A DNA stretch of 64,000 bases, from the NCBI GenBank assembly GCA_963698975.1, contig CAVOSV010000001.1, positions 482,514 through 546,513 of the forward strand, written 5' to 3'. The notes under the pieces were generated by a model. The model was given only the letters and a program-made list of their open reading frames with translations, made no database searches and had not been told where the DNA came from. Below, in pieces: positions 28,742 to 41,759 of this stretch; the stretch's first letter is position 1; each line of letters starts with the position of its first letter. The stretch comes from an uncultured Gemmatimonadales bacterium (lineage in GTDB: Bacteria > Gemmatimonadota > Gemmatimonadetes > Gemmatimonadales > GWC2-71-9). The position numbers were made by a program, and so were the translations under genes.

Positions 28742-29152
28742 CTACTTCAGTCCACCCATTAACAGCAGCTTCTTCCATTGCGGTTCCGGCACCGGAATGA
28801 CGGACAGTCTCGGCTGCCGGACCAGAGCGAGATCGGCAAAGTCGGGATCGGATTTGACGGCAGCCAGGGTCACAGGTTGGGGCAGCCGCCCGTCAGCTTT
28901 CACATCGACCACGGTCAGCTTTCCTTCCGGATGCTTTGGATCGGGATAGGGCTCACTGACCACCCGCGCTAACCCCACGATCTCCTTGTTGGCTCCCGAG
29001 TGGTAGATCATCAGTGGATCGCCTGGCGCCATGCTGCGAATATGCCGGAGAGCTACCGGGTTGCTTACCCCATCCCAGACCGCGCGCTGTTCTCGCTCCA
29101 GCTGCTCGAAGGCATACACCTCCGAATCGGTCTTGAGAATCCAGTGGTTCAA
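28742..29152 (-). CDS. EVE (PUA-like) domain protein
   Basis: A TTG start at 29152 overlaps the rel TGA (TTGA). The sequence (M)[52 protein letters not shown]...GLARV is the stand-alone EVE-domain pattern. The longer track ORF (to 29416) lies inside rel. Confidence 0.75.
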   Translation of the reverse strand: MNHWILKTDSEVYAFEQLEREQRAVWDGVSNPVALRHIRSMAPGDPLMIYHSGANKEIVGLARVVSEPYPDPKHPEGKLTVVDVKADGRLPQPVTLAAVKSDPDFADLALVRQPRLSVIPVPEPQWKKLLLMGGLK

Positions 29153-31308
29153 GTTGGGGGAGCCTCTCGGCGTTCGATTTCTGTCACGCCTTTCACCTTT
29201 CGCACCGCCTTCATCACCTTGCCGAGATGAGGGAGGTTGTCCACTTCGACAAAGATGGTACCGAAGACCGATCCGTCGCGGGTGTGCAGGTCGGCTCCCC
29301 GAATGTTGGTGCCGGTCTGGCTGATCGCTTCCATGATGTCGGCGTACAGGCCACGACGATCTTCTCCGGTAACGGCGAGCCGTACTGCGAATGCCTCTCC
29401 TGCCGTTTCCTGCCAATCGATATCCACCCGGCGCTCATCCGCGGCCAGGGTCAGCAGGTTGGGACAGTCGGAGCGGTGAATTGAAATACCGCGACCTTGA
29501 GTCACGTAACCGACCACTGAGTCTCCGGGCACTGGTTGGCAGCACTGGGCATAGCGAACCATCAGCCCATCCACTCCCTGGATTTTGATGCCCCGGCCCA
29601 GGCGGATCCGATCGATGACCCGGCCGAATACCGTGGGCTTAGGCTCCTGCATCTCATCGGTCGGCACGTCCGGATACAGAGCCCGGATCACCTGGCCGAT
29701 CGGCACGTCGCCCCGGCCGACGGCGATCTCCAGACCGCGACCGTCTGCCAGCGAAAGCGTGTGTGCCGCTTTGGCCAGGCGCTCGTCGTCCGGCAGGTTC
29801 AGCCGGCGCCGCCGGACTTCTCGGGCCAGGATTTCCTTTCCCAGCGCGAGGCTGACCGTCTCCTCTTCGTGGTTAACCCACTGCTTGATTTTATGGCGCG
29901 CCCGGGCAGTGCGAACATGGCTCAGCCAGTCCCGGCTGGGTTTGGCCGTGGCGCTGGTGAGAATCTCCACGGTATCGCCGCTCTTGAGCTCCCGGTGCAG
30001 CGGCGCGATCCGGCCGTTGACCTTGGCGCCCTGACACTTGAGTCCTACCTCGGTGTGCACATGAAAAGCGAAGTCGATTGGGGTGGAGCCTTTTGGTAAC
30101 CGCTTCACGTCTCCATGAGGCGTAAAGATGAAGATCTCATCCTGATAGAGGTCGATCTTCAGGAACTCGAGGAACTCCTCGGGACTGTGGGTGTCCTGCT
30201 GCAGCTCCAGAAGCTGGCGGAACCAGCCCAGGTGCTGGTCCAGCTCGTCCCGGCTGCCATCCCGCTTGTACACCCAGTGTGCGGCGATGCCGTACTCGGC
30301 GGTGCGGTGCATGTCGTTGGTGCGGATCTGCACCTCGAACAACTGCCCGCCGGGACCGAAGATGGTGGTGTGCAGCGACTGGTACGCGTTGGACTTGGGG
30401 CTCGCGATGTAGTCCTTGATCCGCTCCTGGATTGGGGTCCAGTTGTGATGGATGATTCCCAGAACATGGTAACAGTCGGGTACCGTGCGCACGATAACCC
30501 GGACCGCCATCAAATCGTAAATCTCGTCGAACGCCTTGCCCCGCTTCTTCATCTTCTGGAAAATCGACCAGAGATGTTTGGGCCGACCGGTAACCTCGAA
30601 CCACTCGATTCCAGCTTCCCGAAGCTCGTAATCCAGCGGCGTCTTGAGCTTGAGGATGGTCTGTTCCCGAGCGGCTCGCTTGGCCGCGACCTGCATGGCG
30701 AGCTCCCGATACTCCTCGGGCTCGAGAAATTTGAACGCGAGATCCTCCAGCTCGGCCTTGATCCCTGCCATACCGAAGCGGTGGGCTAGCGGGGCGTAAA
30801 TTTCTCGCGTTTCCAGTGCAATGCGGGCACGGCGCTCAGGCGGGAGATGTTCCAGCGTCCGCATGTTGTGCAGGCGATCGCCCAGCTTGATGATGATGAC
30901 CCGGGCGTCTTTGGCGATGGACAGTAGGAGCTTGCGGTAATTCTCGACCTGCTCCTCGGCCGATGAATGAAAGGTGAGGCTGGAGATTTTGGTGAGACCG
31001 TCTACAATGCCGGCAACTTCGGGTCCGAACTCCCGGGCAATGTCTTCGGTGCGAACGTCCGAGTCCTCCACCACATCGTGCAGCAGCGCGGCAGCTATGG
31101 TTGTGCTGTCGAGCAGCTGCTCGGCCAGGATCAGGGCGACGGCAATGGTGTGGGAGACGAAATCCTCCCCCGACATTCGCTTCTGGCCTCGATGCGCGGT
31201 GGCGCTGAAGCGCAGCGCCCGCTCGACCAGCTCGAGGTCCAGGCGGTCGGCGTGCTTCTCCAAGACGGCCCGTAGATCAGGAGCCAGGTCAGGGAGTGTT
31301 CCAGTCAC
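29149..31308 (-). CDS. rel: Bifunctional (p)ppGpp synthetase/hydrolase, RelA/SpoT homologue
   Basis: HD hydrolase (HRGQKRMSGEDFVSHTIAV...LLHDVVED), synthetase (YQSLHTTI), TGS and ACT regions are present. A GTG at 31308 overlaps the radC TGA (GTGA) and gives a ~719-aa product. The track start at 31401 is less likely. Confidence 0.9.
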   Translation of the reverse strand: MTGTLPDLAPDLRAVLEKHADRLDLELVERALRFSATAHRGQKRMSGEDFVSHTIAVALILAEQLLDSTTIAAALLHDVVEDSDVRTEDIAREFGPEVAGIVDGLTKISSLTFHSSAEEQVENYRKLLLSIAKDARVIIIKLGDRLHNMRTLEHLPPERRARIALETREIYAPLAHRFGMAGIKAELEDLAFKFLEPEEYRELAMQVAAKRAAREQTILKLKTPLDYELREAGIEWFEVTGRPKHLWSIFQKMKKRGKAFDEIYDLMAVRVIVRTVPDCYHVLGIIHHNWTPIQERIKDYIASPKSNAYQSLHTTIFGPGGQLFEVQIRTNDMHRTAEYGIAAHWVYKRDGSRDELDQHLGWFRQLLELQQDTHSPEEFLEFLKIDLYQDEIFIFTPHGDVKRLPKGSTPIDFAFHVHTEVGLKCQGAKVNGRIAPLHRELKSGDTVEILTSATAKPSRDWLSHVRTARARHKIKQWVNHEEETVSLALGKEILAREVRRRRLNLPDDERLAKAAHTLSLADGRGLEIAVGRGDVPIGQVIRALYPDVPTDEMQEPKPTVFGRVIDRIRLGRGIKIQGVDGLMVRYAQCCQPVPGDSVVGYVTQGRGISIHRSDCPNLLTLAADERRVDIDWQETAGEAFAVRLAVTGEDRRGLYADIMEAISQTGTNIRGADLHTRDGSVFGTIFVEVDNLPHLGKVMKAVRKVKGVTEIERREAPPT

Positions 31309-31988
31309 AACAGTCCAGCCGTTGCAAAACTCACGTATCGATCTCCCGCAATGATGACGTGATCGTATACCGGCAGGTCGAGCAGCCGGCCCGCCGAGCA
31401 CAACTGCTTTGTGGCCGCCCGATCTTCCGCCGAGGGCGTGGGATCGCCACTGGGATGATTGTGGACCACAATGATACCAGCCGCAGCCTCGGCTATGGCC
31501 GCCCGGAACACCTCACGCGGATGCACCAGCGAGCTATTGAGCAGGCCGCGGGTGATCAGCACTTCCCGAAGCACCTGGCTTTGACTATCCAGCGCCAGTA
31601 GATGGAATTCTTCAACCTGCAGGTCACGCAGCCGAGGACCAAACAAACGGAGCACATCCTCGGGTTCCCGGATCCGCTGCACCCGGGGGCGCGCTTCTCG
31701 GGCTGCTCGCGACCCTAATTCGAAGGCTGCAATCAGCCGCCCCGCCTTGGTCGGACCGATCCCCGGCGAGCGAAGCAACTCTGCACTGGGCCGCTGAGCC
31801 AACCGCCGGAGCGAGCCGTCGCTGACTTCCAGGAGCTGCCGGGCCAGTTCCAAGACATCCTGGCCCACTCCCCCTGTACCTAACACGATGGCAAGAAGTT
31901 CGGCGGTCGTCAACGCGGCGGGGCCCAGCGACCAGAGACGTTCCCGAGGTCTATCGGCCTCGGGGATAGTGGATACCGGCAGAGCCAT
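31305..31988 (-). CDS. radC: RadC-like JAB-domain protein
   Basis: 227 aa with an HhH N-terminus (ELLAIVLGTG) and the JAMM motif VVHNHPSGDPTPS. Confidence 0.88.
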   Translation of the reverse strand: MALPVSTIPEADRPRERLWSLGPAALTTAELLAIVLGTGGVGQDVLELARQLLEVSDGSLRRLAQRPSAELLRSPGIGPTKAGRLIAAFELGSRAAREARPRVQRIREPEDVLRLFGPRLRDLQVEEFHLLALDSQSQVLREVLITRGLLNSSLVHPREVFRAAIAEAAAGIIVVHNHPSGDPTPSAEDRAATKQLCSAGRLLDLPVYDHVIIAGDRYVSFATAGLL

Positions 31989-32058
31989 CCGTCAGGATAG
32001 CCGGTCCGGGGGCTTGGGATCGTGTCATTATCCTGCAGGCACAGCAGAAGTTACGCGC

Positions 32059-35222
<3,164 letters not shown>

Positions 35223-35226
<4 letters not shown>

Positions 35227-35795
35227 TCTGCGTCCAAATATAACTGGTGTCGTGCGATATACTCCGCGACCGCATCGGGTACCCAGTAGCGGATCGAGAG
35301 TCCCCGGCTCACCCGTCGCCGAATTTCGGTAGCGGAGATATCAACCGCGGGAACCCGGATAACCTGGGAGATCAGCGGGTTGGCCGGCACCGCGGATCCC
35401 GGTCGGGCAAAGACTACCACCCGGGCCAGTTGGGGAAGGCGCTCGGCGTGGCGCCATAGGGACAACTCCGCAGCCGCATCAGCGCCCAGCAGCAGCACCA
35501 GCGCCGTTTTCGGGTGACGCCGGCTGAGATCGTCCAGCGTATCGACCGTAAACGAGGGCGCCGGCCGCTCCAGTTCGCTCCGCTCCAGACCAAAACCGGG
35601 AGACCCGGCAAGGGCGAGGGACAGCATTGTGGTACGGTGCTCGGGAGAGCTCCGATGCTGCCCTCGCTTGAACGGTTGCTCCCGGGCCGGAACAAACTGG
35701 AGACTCTCCAGGCCCAGTGTCTCCGAGGCCACCTGCCCCACAATCAAATGTCCGTGATGTACGGGATCGAACGACCCGCCGAAAACACCGATCAT
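35223..35795 (-). CDS. nadD: Nicotinate-nucleotide adenylyltransferase
   Basis: Start taken at [17 protein letters not shown] (the HxGH motif). The stop overlaps the secA ATG (ATGA). Confidence 0.85.
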
Positions 35796-35802
35796 CCGGC
35801 GC

Positions 35803-36576
35803 TCAGGCTGCGGGTTTGGAAGGACAGACCTCGCCGACTTGTGGCGCTCGGGGATGGAATCGGCGAATGTACCCGCAGGTCTCCTGCACATCCTCGCGAT
35901 ATCCCAACGCTTTGTACGCCTGAACCAGCTTGATCAGAGCCTCGGGAACCACCGTTGCCTTGGGATAAGTGGCCACCACGTCCTTGAGATACAGGATGGC
36001 GGAGTCATAGGCCTTCAGGCGGAAGTAATACATTCCGGCCTTGAACTCCTTGGTGGCAAACCGCTCGTTGAGCTCAGCAACCCGCAGTTGTCCTCGCTTC
36101 GCTGCGCTACTGCCGGGATACCTGTTGAGCAACTCCTGATAGGTAGAGAGAGCGGTCTGTCCGTAAGTTGGATCCAACTCCGGCCGGCGCCACAGATCGG
36201 AGTAGACGTCGCCCAGGCGGAGGAGGGCCTCGGGGGCAATCGGGTCGTTGGGCGTTTCGTCCGAAGCCCTGCGGAATTCGCGGGCCGCCTCCAACTGACG
36301 CTTCTGAGCGAAAAGCGCCTCGCCCAGATAGTAGTGCGCCCGCGCCACTCGAGGATCTCCCGGAGAAAATTCCAGATTGACTCGATCGAGCAGCTTCTCC
36401 GCGTCACCCCACTTCCCGTGATGCACCGCCGCCTCCGCCCGGCTCCAAAGGGAGTCAATGGTTGCGGCACTGGCCCCGGTAGCGGACACCGGCGCCGGGC
36501 CAGCGTTTCCCTTCCCACCCCGCCCACCGCATCCGACGACCAAAAACAGAGCCCACAGTGAGAGCCTCCTGGTCAT
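35803..36576 (-). CDS. bamD: Outer-membrane protein assembly factor BamD
   Basis: 257 aa with lipobox LVVGC|GG. The TPR-like repeats are [15 protein letters not shown]...ALLRLGDVY...[22 protein letters not shown]...[10 protein letters not shown]. Confidence 0.82.
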   Translation of the reverse strand: MTRRLSLWALFLVVGCGGRGGKGNAGPAPVSATGASAATIDSLWSRAEAAVHHGKWGDAEKLLDRVNLEFSPGDPRVARAHYYLGEALFAQKRQLEAAREFRRASDETPNDPIAPEALLRLGDVYSDLWRRPELDPTYGQTALSTYQELLNRYPGSSAAKRGQLRVAELNERFATKEFKAGMYYFRLKAYDSAILYLKDVVATYPKATVVPEALIKLVQAYKALGYREDVQETCGYIRRFHPRAPQVGEVCPSKPAA

Positions 36577-37496
36577 CGGAGGATCGTCCCGGTCAGAGGA
36601 CTCGAGGTGCGAGCGCGCAGTTCCTCTAGCCGATCCCGCGCCATCTGCATGGTAGAATCGCTCTGCACTGCATCACCGGTCACCGCCCTGTACGCATCGA
36701 CCGCGGCTGCGGTATCTCCCAGGCGGGCCTGGGCATCTCCATATCCGACCAGAGCGCGACGGCCCACGGGAGTACTGGAATCCACTCTGATGGCAGCAGC
36801 AAACCACAGCGCGGCATCCTCGGATTTACCAGCCGCCTCGGCGCGCAATCCCAGCGCCACTGAGCAGGCGGCGACACCATCCTCGGCTTGGGTGCGGACC
36901 TCGTTGCTGCGGCTTCGTCGGACCGTAGCCTGAAACACGGCGAGCGCCTGATCGCAGCCCGACGTTTCCTGCAGGGCTGCGGCGTACACGCCAAGCAAAG
37001 AGTCTACCGTTTCCGCGTCGGGTGCCGCGGCAATGGCGGCGGGCAGGACGGCCACCAGGTCGTTGGCCTGGGCTCCGGGGCGGCGCACCACTGCCAAAGC
37101 ATAGCGGCCAATAGATCGGCTCGGAGCGATCATCCCGAGACCGATGACAGCCGTCTCGAGACGCCTCGTGTCACCGGCTCGATCGGCGGCGCGGGCGACG
37201 GCTTCCAAACCCTCAGCAGCTTCTTCTGCGCGGGTAGGATCTTCGGCGGCAAGCCTGAGGTAGGCATCCGATGCGATTTCGAGGCTGCCGGTGTGGAGGG
37301 CCGCAGCGCCAACTTTGGCCCACACCCTGGCGTCAGGATCCTTGGCCACGGCAGTCCTATACTCGGCCAGAGCGGCGGCGTAGTTGCCCTCGCCGTAGGC
37401 ATCATCCGCTTGACGTTCCTGGTCCCCCCCGCCGCTACACGCTGCCAGAGCAGACAAAGCCACCGCGCCACCCACCGTCAGCCACCCAGATGTCAC
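36573..37496 (-). CDS. TPR-like lipoprotein, function unknown
   Basis: A GTG start at 37496 overlaps the upstream TGA (GTGA). The N-terminus (M)TSGWLTVGGAVALSALAAC|SGG is a lipobox. The protein is Ala-rich and TPR-like throughout. Confidence 0.6.
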   Translation of the reverse strand: MTSGWLTVGGAVALSALAACSGGGDQERQADDAYGEGNYAAALAEYRTAVAKDPDARVWAKVGAAALHTGSLEIASDAYLRLAAEDPTRAEEAAEGLEAVARAADRAGDTRRLETAVIGLGMIAPSRSIGRYALAVVRRPGAQANDLVAVLPAAIAAAPDAETVDSLLGVYAAALQETSGCDQALAVFQATVRRSRSNEVRTQAEDGVAACSVALGLRAEAAGKSEDAALWFAAAIRVDSSTPVGRRALVGYGDAQARLGDTAAAVDAYRAVTGDAVQSDSTMQMARDRLEELRARTSSPLTGTILR

Positions 37497-38203
37497 TGAC
37501 CTGCCCGGGTAAGCATCGAGAGGTACGCCTCCACCCGCGCGTTCTCCGGACGGCGCGTCAGACAGGACTGCCACACCTCCCGGGCGCCATCCGCATCGCC
37601 CGAGAGGAAGTGAGCGAGTCCCAGCGCGGCCTGGGCGTCGATAAAGTTGGGGCGCTCCCGGAGCACCTCCTCCAGCGTGTCCCGCGCATCGAGCGGCCGA
37701 CCTGCATCGATAAGTAGCCGAGCCAAACGGTAGCGGAGATCATGAAATGCGGGGCCGAGCTCCAGGGCCCGCTCATACTGCTCTATGGCCCGGTTCAACG
37801 CGCCGGCACCAGCGTAGGTCTCGGCCAGCTCGGCGTGCCGGTTGGCAAGCTGGGCGGCTATCGGCAGCGGTAAGCCATCAGCCGTCTTGTGGTCTATACT
37901 CGAGGCAGCGTGGTTGAACGCTTCCTCCGCCTCATCGGTTCGGCCCAGCTCATTGAGCACCAGTCCGCGATGGATCAAGGCCTCGACGTAATTGGGATTC
38001 AGCTCCAGCGCGCGTTCCAACTCCTTCAGTGCGCGCTCCGCTTGTCCCAGGAGCGACAGCGAAACTCCGAGGAGATGATGCACGTCGGCAAAGGCCCGGC
38101 CGGAATCGACCACGGATTCGAGCAGATGGACGGCGCCGTAATAATCCTGAACCACGAATCGCTCCCGGGCCCGCGCCAACAGGAGATCAGTCTGCCCGGC
38201 CAT
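37493..38203 (-). CDS. TPR-repeat protein
   Basis: Start taken at MAGQTDLLLARARERFVVQDYYGAV. There are 5-6 canonical TPRs (AERALKELERALELNPNYVEALIHRGLVLNELGRTDEAEEAF...). The track start at 38416 lies inside the upstream epimerase. Confidence 0.7.
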   Translation of the reverse strand: MAGQTDLLLARARERFVVQDYYGAVHLLESVVDSGRAFADVHHLLGVSLSLLGQAERALKELERALELNPNYVEALIHRGLVLNELGRTDEAEEAFNHAASSIDHKTADGLPLPIAAQLANRHAELAETYAGAGALNRAIEQYERALELGPAFHDLRYRLARLLIDAGRPLDARDTLEEVLRERPNFIDAQAALGLAHFLSGDADGAREVWQSCLTRRPENARVEAYLSMLTRAGQ

Positions 38204-39155
38204 AAGCCTCCCTGAACCATTGAACGAAACGATGAATGCCGTCGGAGAACGCGATCTCCGGATGGTAGCCCAGCACCGCGGCGGATTTCGTGAGATCGGC
38301 GGCCGTCTGCTGTACATCGCCCGGCTGCATCGGCGCCCACTCGATCTTCGGTTTGATCCCGAGCGCCGAGGCGATCTCCGCCACCATGGCCTCGGTCGGC
38401 ACCGACCGATTCCCACCCAGGTTGAAGGTTTCTACCCCCACTGGAGCCGTTGCGCTCCATTCCACCGCCGACAGGACACCAGCGATGATATCGTCACAGT
38501 AGGTGTAGTCGCGCGCCTGGGTGCCGTCACCGAAGAGGGTAAGAGGACGGCCCTCCACCATTTTCCTGGTGAACGCGTGGATAGCCAGGTCGGGCCGTTG
38601 GCGAGGGCCGTAAACGGTGAAAAACCGGAGCGACACGGTTTGGAAGCCATAGATCGGCGCCACCGATTGCAGAAGAAGCTCTCCGGCGCGCTTGGTGGCC
38701 GCATAAGGGGAAATGGGAACGACGGCCACCGCGTCTTCGCGGAATGGCACCGGAGTGGTATTGCCGTAGACGGAAGAGGAGGACCCGAAGATGAAGCGGC
38801 CCACTCCCGCCTGCCGGGCTGCTTCGGCCACGGCAGCTGTCCCGGTGACGTTGGCCCGGGCGTATCCCACCGGATCGGCCAGAGAAGGCCGTACCCCGGC
38901 CTTGGCCGCGAGATGCACAATGACGGTGTCGGCCGTAAGCAGCGCACGGAGCGCGGCCACGTCGAGCAGATCCAGCTCCCGAAACGTGAAACCGGCCGGA
39001 CGCCCGATCTCCGCCAGGTTCCGTTCCTTCATGGCCCGGGGGTAAAACGGATCGAAGTTATCGATGCCGACGACCTCGTCCCCCTGCCGTATCAGCGCCT
39101 GAACCAGATGCGAACCTATAAACCCCGCAGCCCCGGTAATCAGGACCCGCGTCAC
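38187..39155 (-). CDS. UDP-glucuronate 4-epimerase-like SDR
   Basis: 322 aa with VLITGAAGFIGSH, YAATK, and RFFTVYGPRQRPDLA, the signature I associate with the UDP-GlcA epimerase subgroup. It is adjacent to ugd. Confidence 0.75.
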   Translation of the reverse strand: MTRVLITGAAGFIGSHLVQALIRQGDEVVGIDNFDPFYPRAMKERNLAEIGRPAGFTFRELDLLDVAALRALLTADTVIVHLAAKAGVRPSLADPVGYARANVTGTAAVAEAARQAGVGRFIFGSSSSVYGNTTPVPFREDAVAVVPISPYAATKRAGELLLQSVAPIYGFQTVSLRFFTVYGPRQRPDLAIHAFTRKMVEGRPLTLFGDGTQARDYTYCDDIIAGVLSAVEWSATAPVGVETFNLGGNRSVPTEAMVAEIASALGIKPKIEWAPMQPGDVQQTAADLTKSAAVLGYHPEIAFSDGIHRFVQWFREAYGRAD

Positions 39156-40462
39156 CTGCGGCCCCGGCCGATCCCGTGATAGTCGAACCCGAGCGAAGCC
39201 ATACGGTCCGGGTCGTACAGATTGCGGCCGTCAATCAGGAGGGGTCTGCGGACCAGTTTTCGAACCCGATCGAAGTCGGGGTTGCGATAGACTAGCCACT
39301 CCGTCAGTACCAGCAGGGCGTCAACGCCGTGGGCAGCGCTGTAGGGATCGGCGGCATACATGAGCCGGTCGCCGAAGATCAGCCGGGCCGAATCGGTGGC
39401 CTTCGGATCGTGAGTCTGTACCCGGGCCCCGGCAGCCAGCAGACCCTCGATGACTGGGATGGCCGGACTCTCCCGCATGTCATCGGTCTCGGCCTTGAAG
39501 GCAAGGCCCCAGATCCCCACGCACTTTCCCGTAAGATCCTGCCCCAGATACCGCAGCGTCTTCTGTAAAACGATTTGCTTCTGGCACTCGTTGACGTGCT
39601 CGACTGCCTTCAACACGTCCAGCGAAAGGCCGAGATCCTCGGACGTGCGAATCAGCGCCTTGACGTCCTTGGGGAAACAGCTCCCGCCGTACCCCGGCCC
39701 GGGATACAGGAATGCCCGGCCAATCCGCTGGTCCGATCCGATCCCCAGCCTGACGTGGTTGACGTCGGCACCGACCAGCTCGCAGAAGAGCGCCATCTGG
39801 TTCATGAACGAGATCCGGGTCGCCAGCATTGCATTGGCCGCGTACTTCGTGACCTCGGCGGACGCGATGTCCATAAACAGAATGCGGTTTCCCCCCTGCC
39901 TGGTGAACGGAGCATACAGCTCTCCCATCACCTCTTTGGCTTCATCGTTGTCCACTCCAATCACCACCCGGTCGGGCTTCATGAAGTCCTCGATTGCCGC
40001 TCCTTCCTTCAGGAACTCGGGATTGGAGCAGACCGAGAAGGGAATGTCGGTCTCTGCCCGGATGGCGGCCCGGACCTTTTCCGCGGTGCCCACGGGAACG
40101 GTCGACTTGGTGACCACGATCTTGGGATCGTTCATGTTCCGGCCTACTGCATGGGCCACGGCCAGGACATGCCTCAGATCGGCAGACCCATCCTCTCCCG
40201 GCGGAGTTCCCACCGCAATGAAGATCACTCGCGAGCTCCGCACCGCCGATCCCAGATCGGTGGTAAAGGTGAGCCGACCTTCGTCCTGATTCCGCTTGAC
40301 CATGGGCTCGAGACCCGGCTCGTAAATCGGGATCTCATTGCCCTTGAGCCGGGCGATCTTCTCTGCGTCTACGTCCACGCAGGTGACATCGTTTCCGGTC
40401 TCAGCCAGACAGGCCCCGGCCACTAGTCCGACGTAGCCGCTTCCGATCACCGCTACATGCAT
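39152..40462 (-). CDS. ugd: UDP-glucose 6-dehydrogenase
   Basis: Start taken at MHVAVIGSGYVGLV. The catalytic region is PGPGYGGSCFPKD and the C-terminal UDP-binding domain contains GLAFKAETDDMRESPA. Confidence 0.9.
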   Translation of the reverse strand: MHVAVIGSGYVGLVAGACLAETGNDVTCVDVDAEKIARLKGNEIPIYEPGLEPMVKRNQDEGRLTFTTDLGSAVRSSRVIFIAVGTPPGEDGSADLRHVLAVAHAVGRNMNDPKIVVTKSTVPVGTAEKVRAAIRAETDIPFSVCSNPEFLKEGAAIEDFMKPDRVVIGVDNDEAKEVMGELYAPFTRQGGNRILFMDIASAEVTKYAANAMLATRISFMNQMALFCELVGADVNHVRLGIGSDQRIGRAFLYPGPGYGGSCFPKDVKALIRTSEDLGLSLDVLKAVEHVNECQKQIVLQKTLRYLGQDLTGKCVGIWGLAFKAETDDMRESPAIPVIEGLLAAGARVQTHDPKATDSARLIFGDRLMYAADPYSAAHGVDALLVLTEWLVYRNPDFDRVRKLVRRPLLIDGRNLYDPDRMASLGFDYHGIGRGRR

Positions 40463-40463
40463 G

Positions 40464-41759
40464 TCAGGTCTCTTTCGGGAGTGCGTTTCTGGTATCGACA
40501 ACCAGTCGGGCGGTGCGCTTGATCATGTGGTAGTCCACCGAGCTGTGGTCGGTGACGATCATGACGCAGTCGGCTGCGGCCACCGTCTCCGGGGTCAGCG
40601 GAACCGACCGGAACTCGGTCCCGTCCTCCCGGAACTTCGGCACGTGGGGGTCCGAGTAGGTGACGTTAGCCCCCTGTCCCTTGAGCAGGCGGATAATGTC
40701 CAGAGCCGGGCTCTCGCGGATGTCGTCGATGTTCCGCTTGTAGGCCACCCCGAGCACCAGCACCGAGGCGCCGCGCACCGCCTTGCCCTGTCCATTCAGG
40801 GCCTCGGAGAGCTTGCGGACCCAGAACTCCGGCATTTCGGTGTTGACCTCGCCGGCCAGGTCGATGAACCGGGTTTTGTAGTTGAGCCCACGCATTTTCC
40901 AGGCGAGGTAATGCGGGTCGATCGGTATGCAATGGCCGCCCAAGCCGGGGCCGGGCAGGAATTTCATGAACCCGAACGGCTTGGTCGAGGCAGCCTCGAT
41001 CACCTCCCAGACGTTCACCCCCAGTTTGTCGCACACGATGGCCATCTCGTTGACTAGACCGATGTTGACGCTCCGGAACGTGTTCTCCAGCAGCTTCACC
41101 AGCTCAGCCGCTTCGGTGGTGGACACGGACACCAGGGTGTCGATAGCCGGCTGGTATAGCGCCACAGCCACCTTGCGGCAGTCCTCAGTGATGCCGCCAA
41201 CCACCTTGGGTGTGTTACGGGTGCCATAGTGTGGATTTCCCGGATCAACCCGCTCAGGGCTGAAGGCCAGGAAGAAGTCGCGGCCTACGGTCAGTCCGGT
41301 GCTCCCCAGGGCGGGGAGCATGATCTCGCGGGTGGTGCCAGGATAGGTAGTGCTCTCCAAGATGATCGCCTGCCCGCGACGAAGCCGCTTCTTCACCGCT
41401 TCGGTGGCGGCCACGATATAGCTGACGTCGGGGTCTTTGAACTTGGAGAGAGGGGTCGGGACGCAGATCGAGATAGCGTCCGGCTCCGACAGCCGCGACA
41501 CATCCGTGGTTGCGCTGAAGCGCTCACATTGATGCTGCAGCTGCTTGTCGGTCACATCCTTCACGTGGGAGTGGCCGGCGTTCAGCCCATCCACCACATC
41601 CGGGTTCACGTCGAAGCCCAGCACCCGATAGCCGGCCTGCGCGAGCTCCACCGCCAGGGGCAGCCCAACGTAGCCCAGGCCGACAATGCCAAACAGGATC
41701 TGGCGTCGCTCGGCCTTTCCGATGAGGTCCTGGGCGATACTCACGGGTTTCTCACTCAC
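40464..41759 (-). CDS. UDP-N-acetyl-D-hexosamine 6-dehydrogenase (WbpA/WecC/Cap5O family)
   Basis: 431 aa with GIVGLGYVGLPLA, the catalytic Cys in PGPGLGGHCIPIDP, and GVAYKRNIDDIRESPA. Confidence 0.82.
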   Translation of the reverse strand: MSEKPVSIAQDLIGKAERRQILFGIVGLGYVGLPLAVELAQAGYRVLGFDVNPDVVDGLNAGHSHVKDVTDKQLQHQCERFSATTDVSRLSEPDAISICVPTPLSKFKDPDVSYIVAATEAVKKRLRRGQAIILESTTYPGTTREIMLPALGSTGLTVGRDFFLAFSPERVDPGNPHYGTRNTPKVVGGITEDCRKVAVALYQPAIDTLVSVSTTEAAELVKLLENTFRSVNIGLVNEMAIVCDKLGVNVWEVIEAASTKPFGFMKFLPGPGLGGHCIPIDPHYLAWKMRGLNYKTRFIDLAGEVNTEMPEFWVRKLSEALNGQGKAVRGASVLVLGVAYKRNIDDIRESPALDIIRLLKGQGANVTYSDPHVPKFREDGTEFRSVPLTPETVAAADCVMIVTDHSSVDYHMIKRTARLVVDTRNALPKET

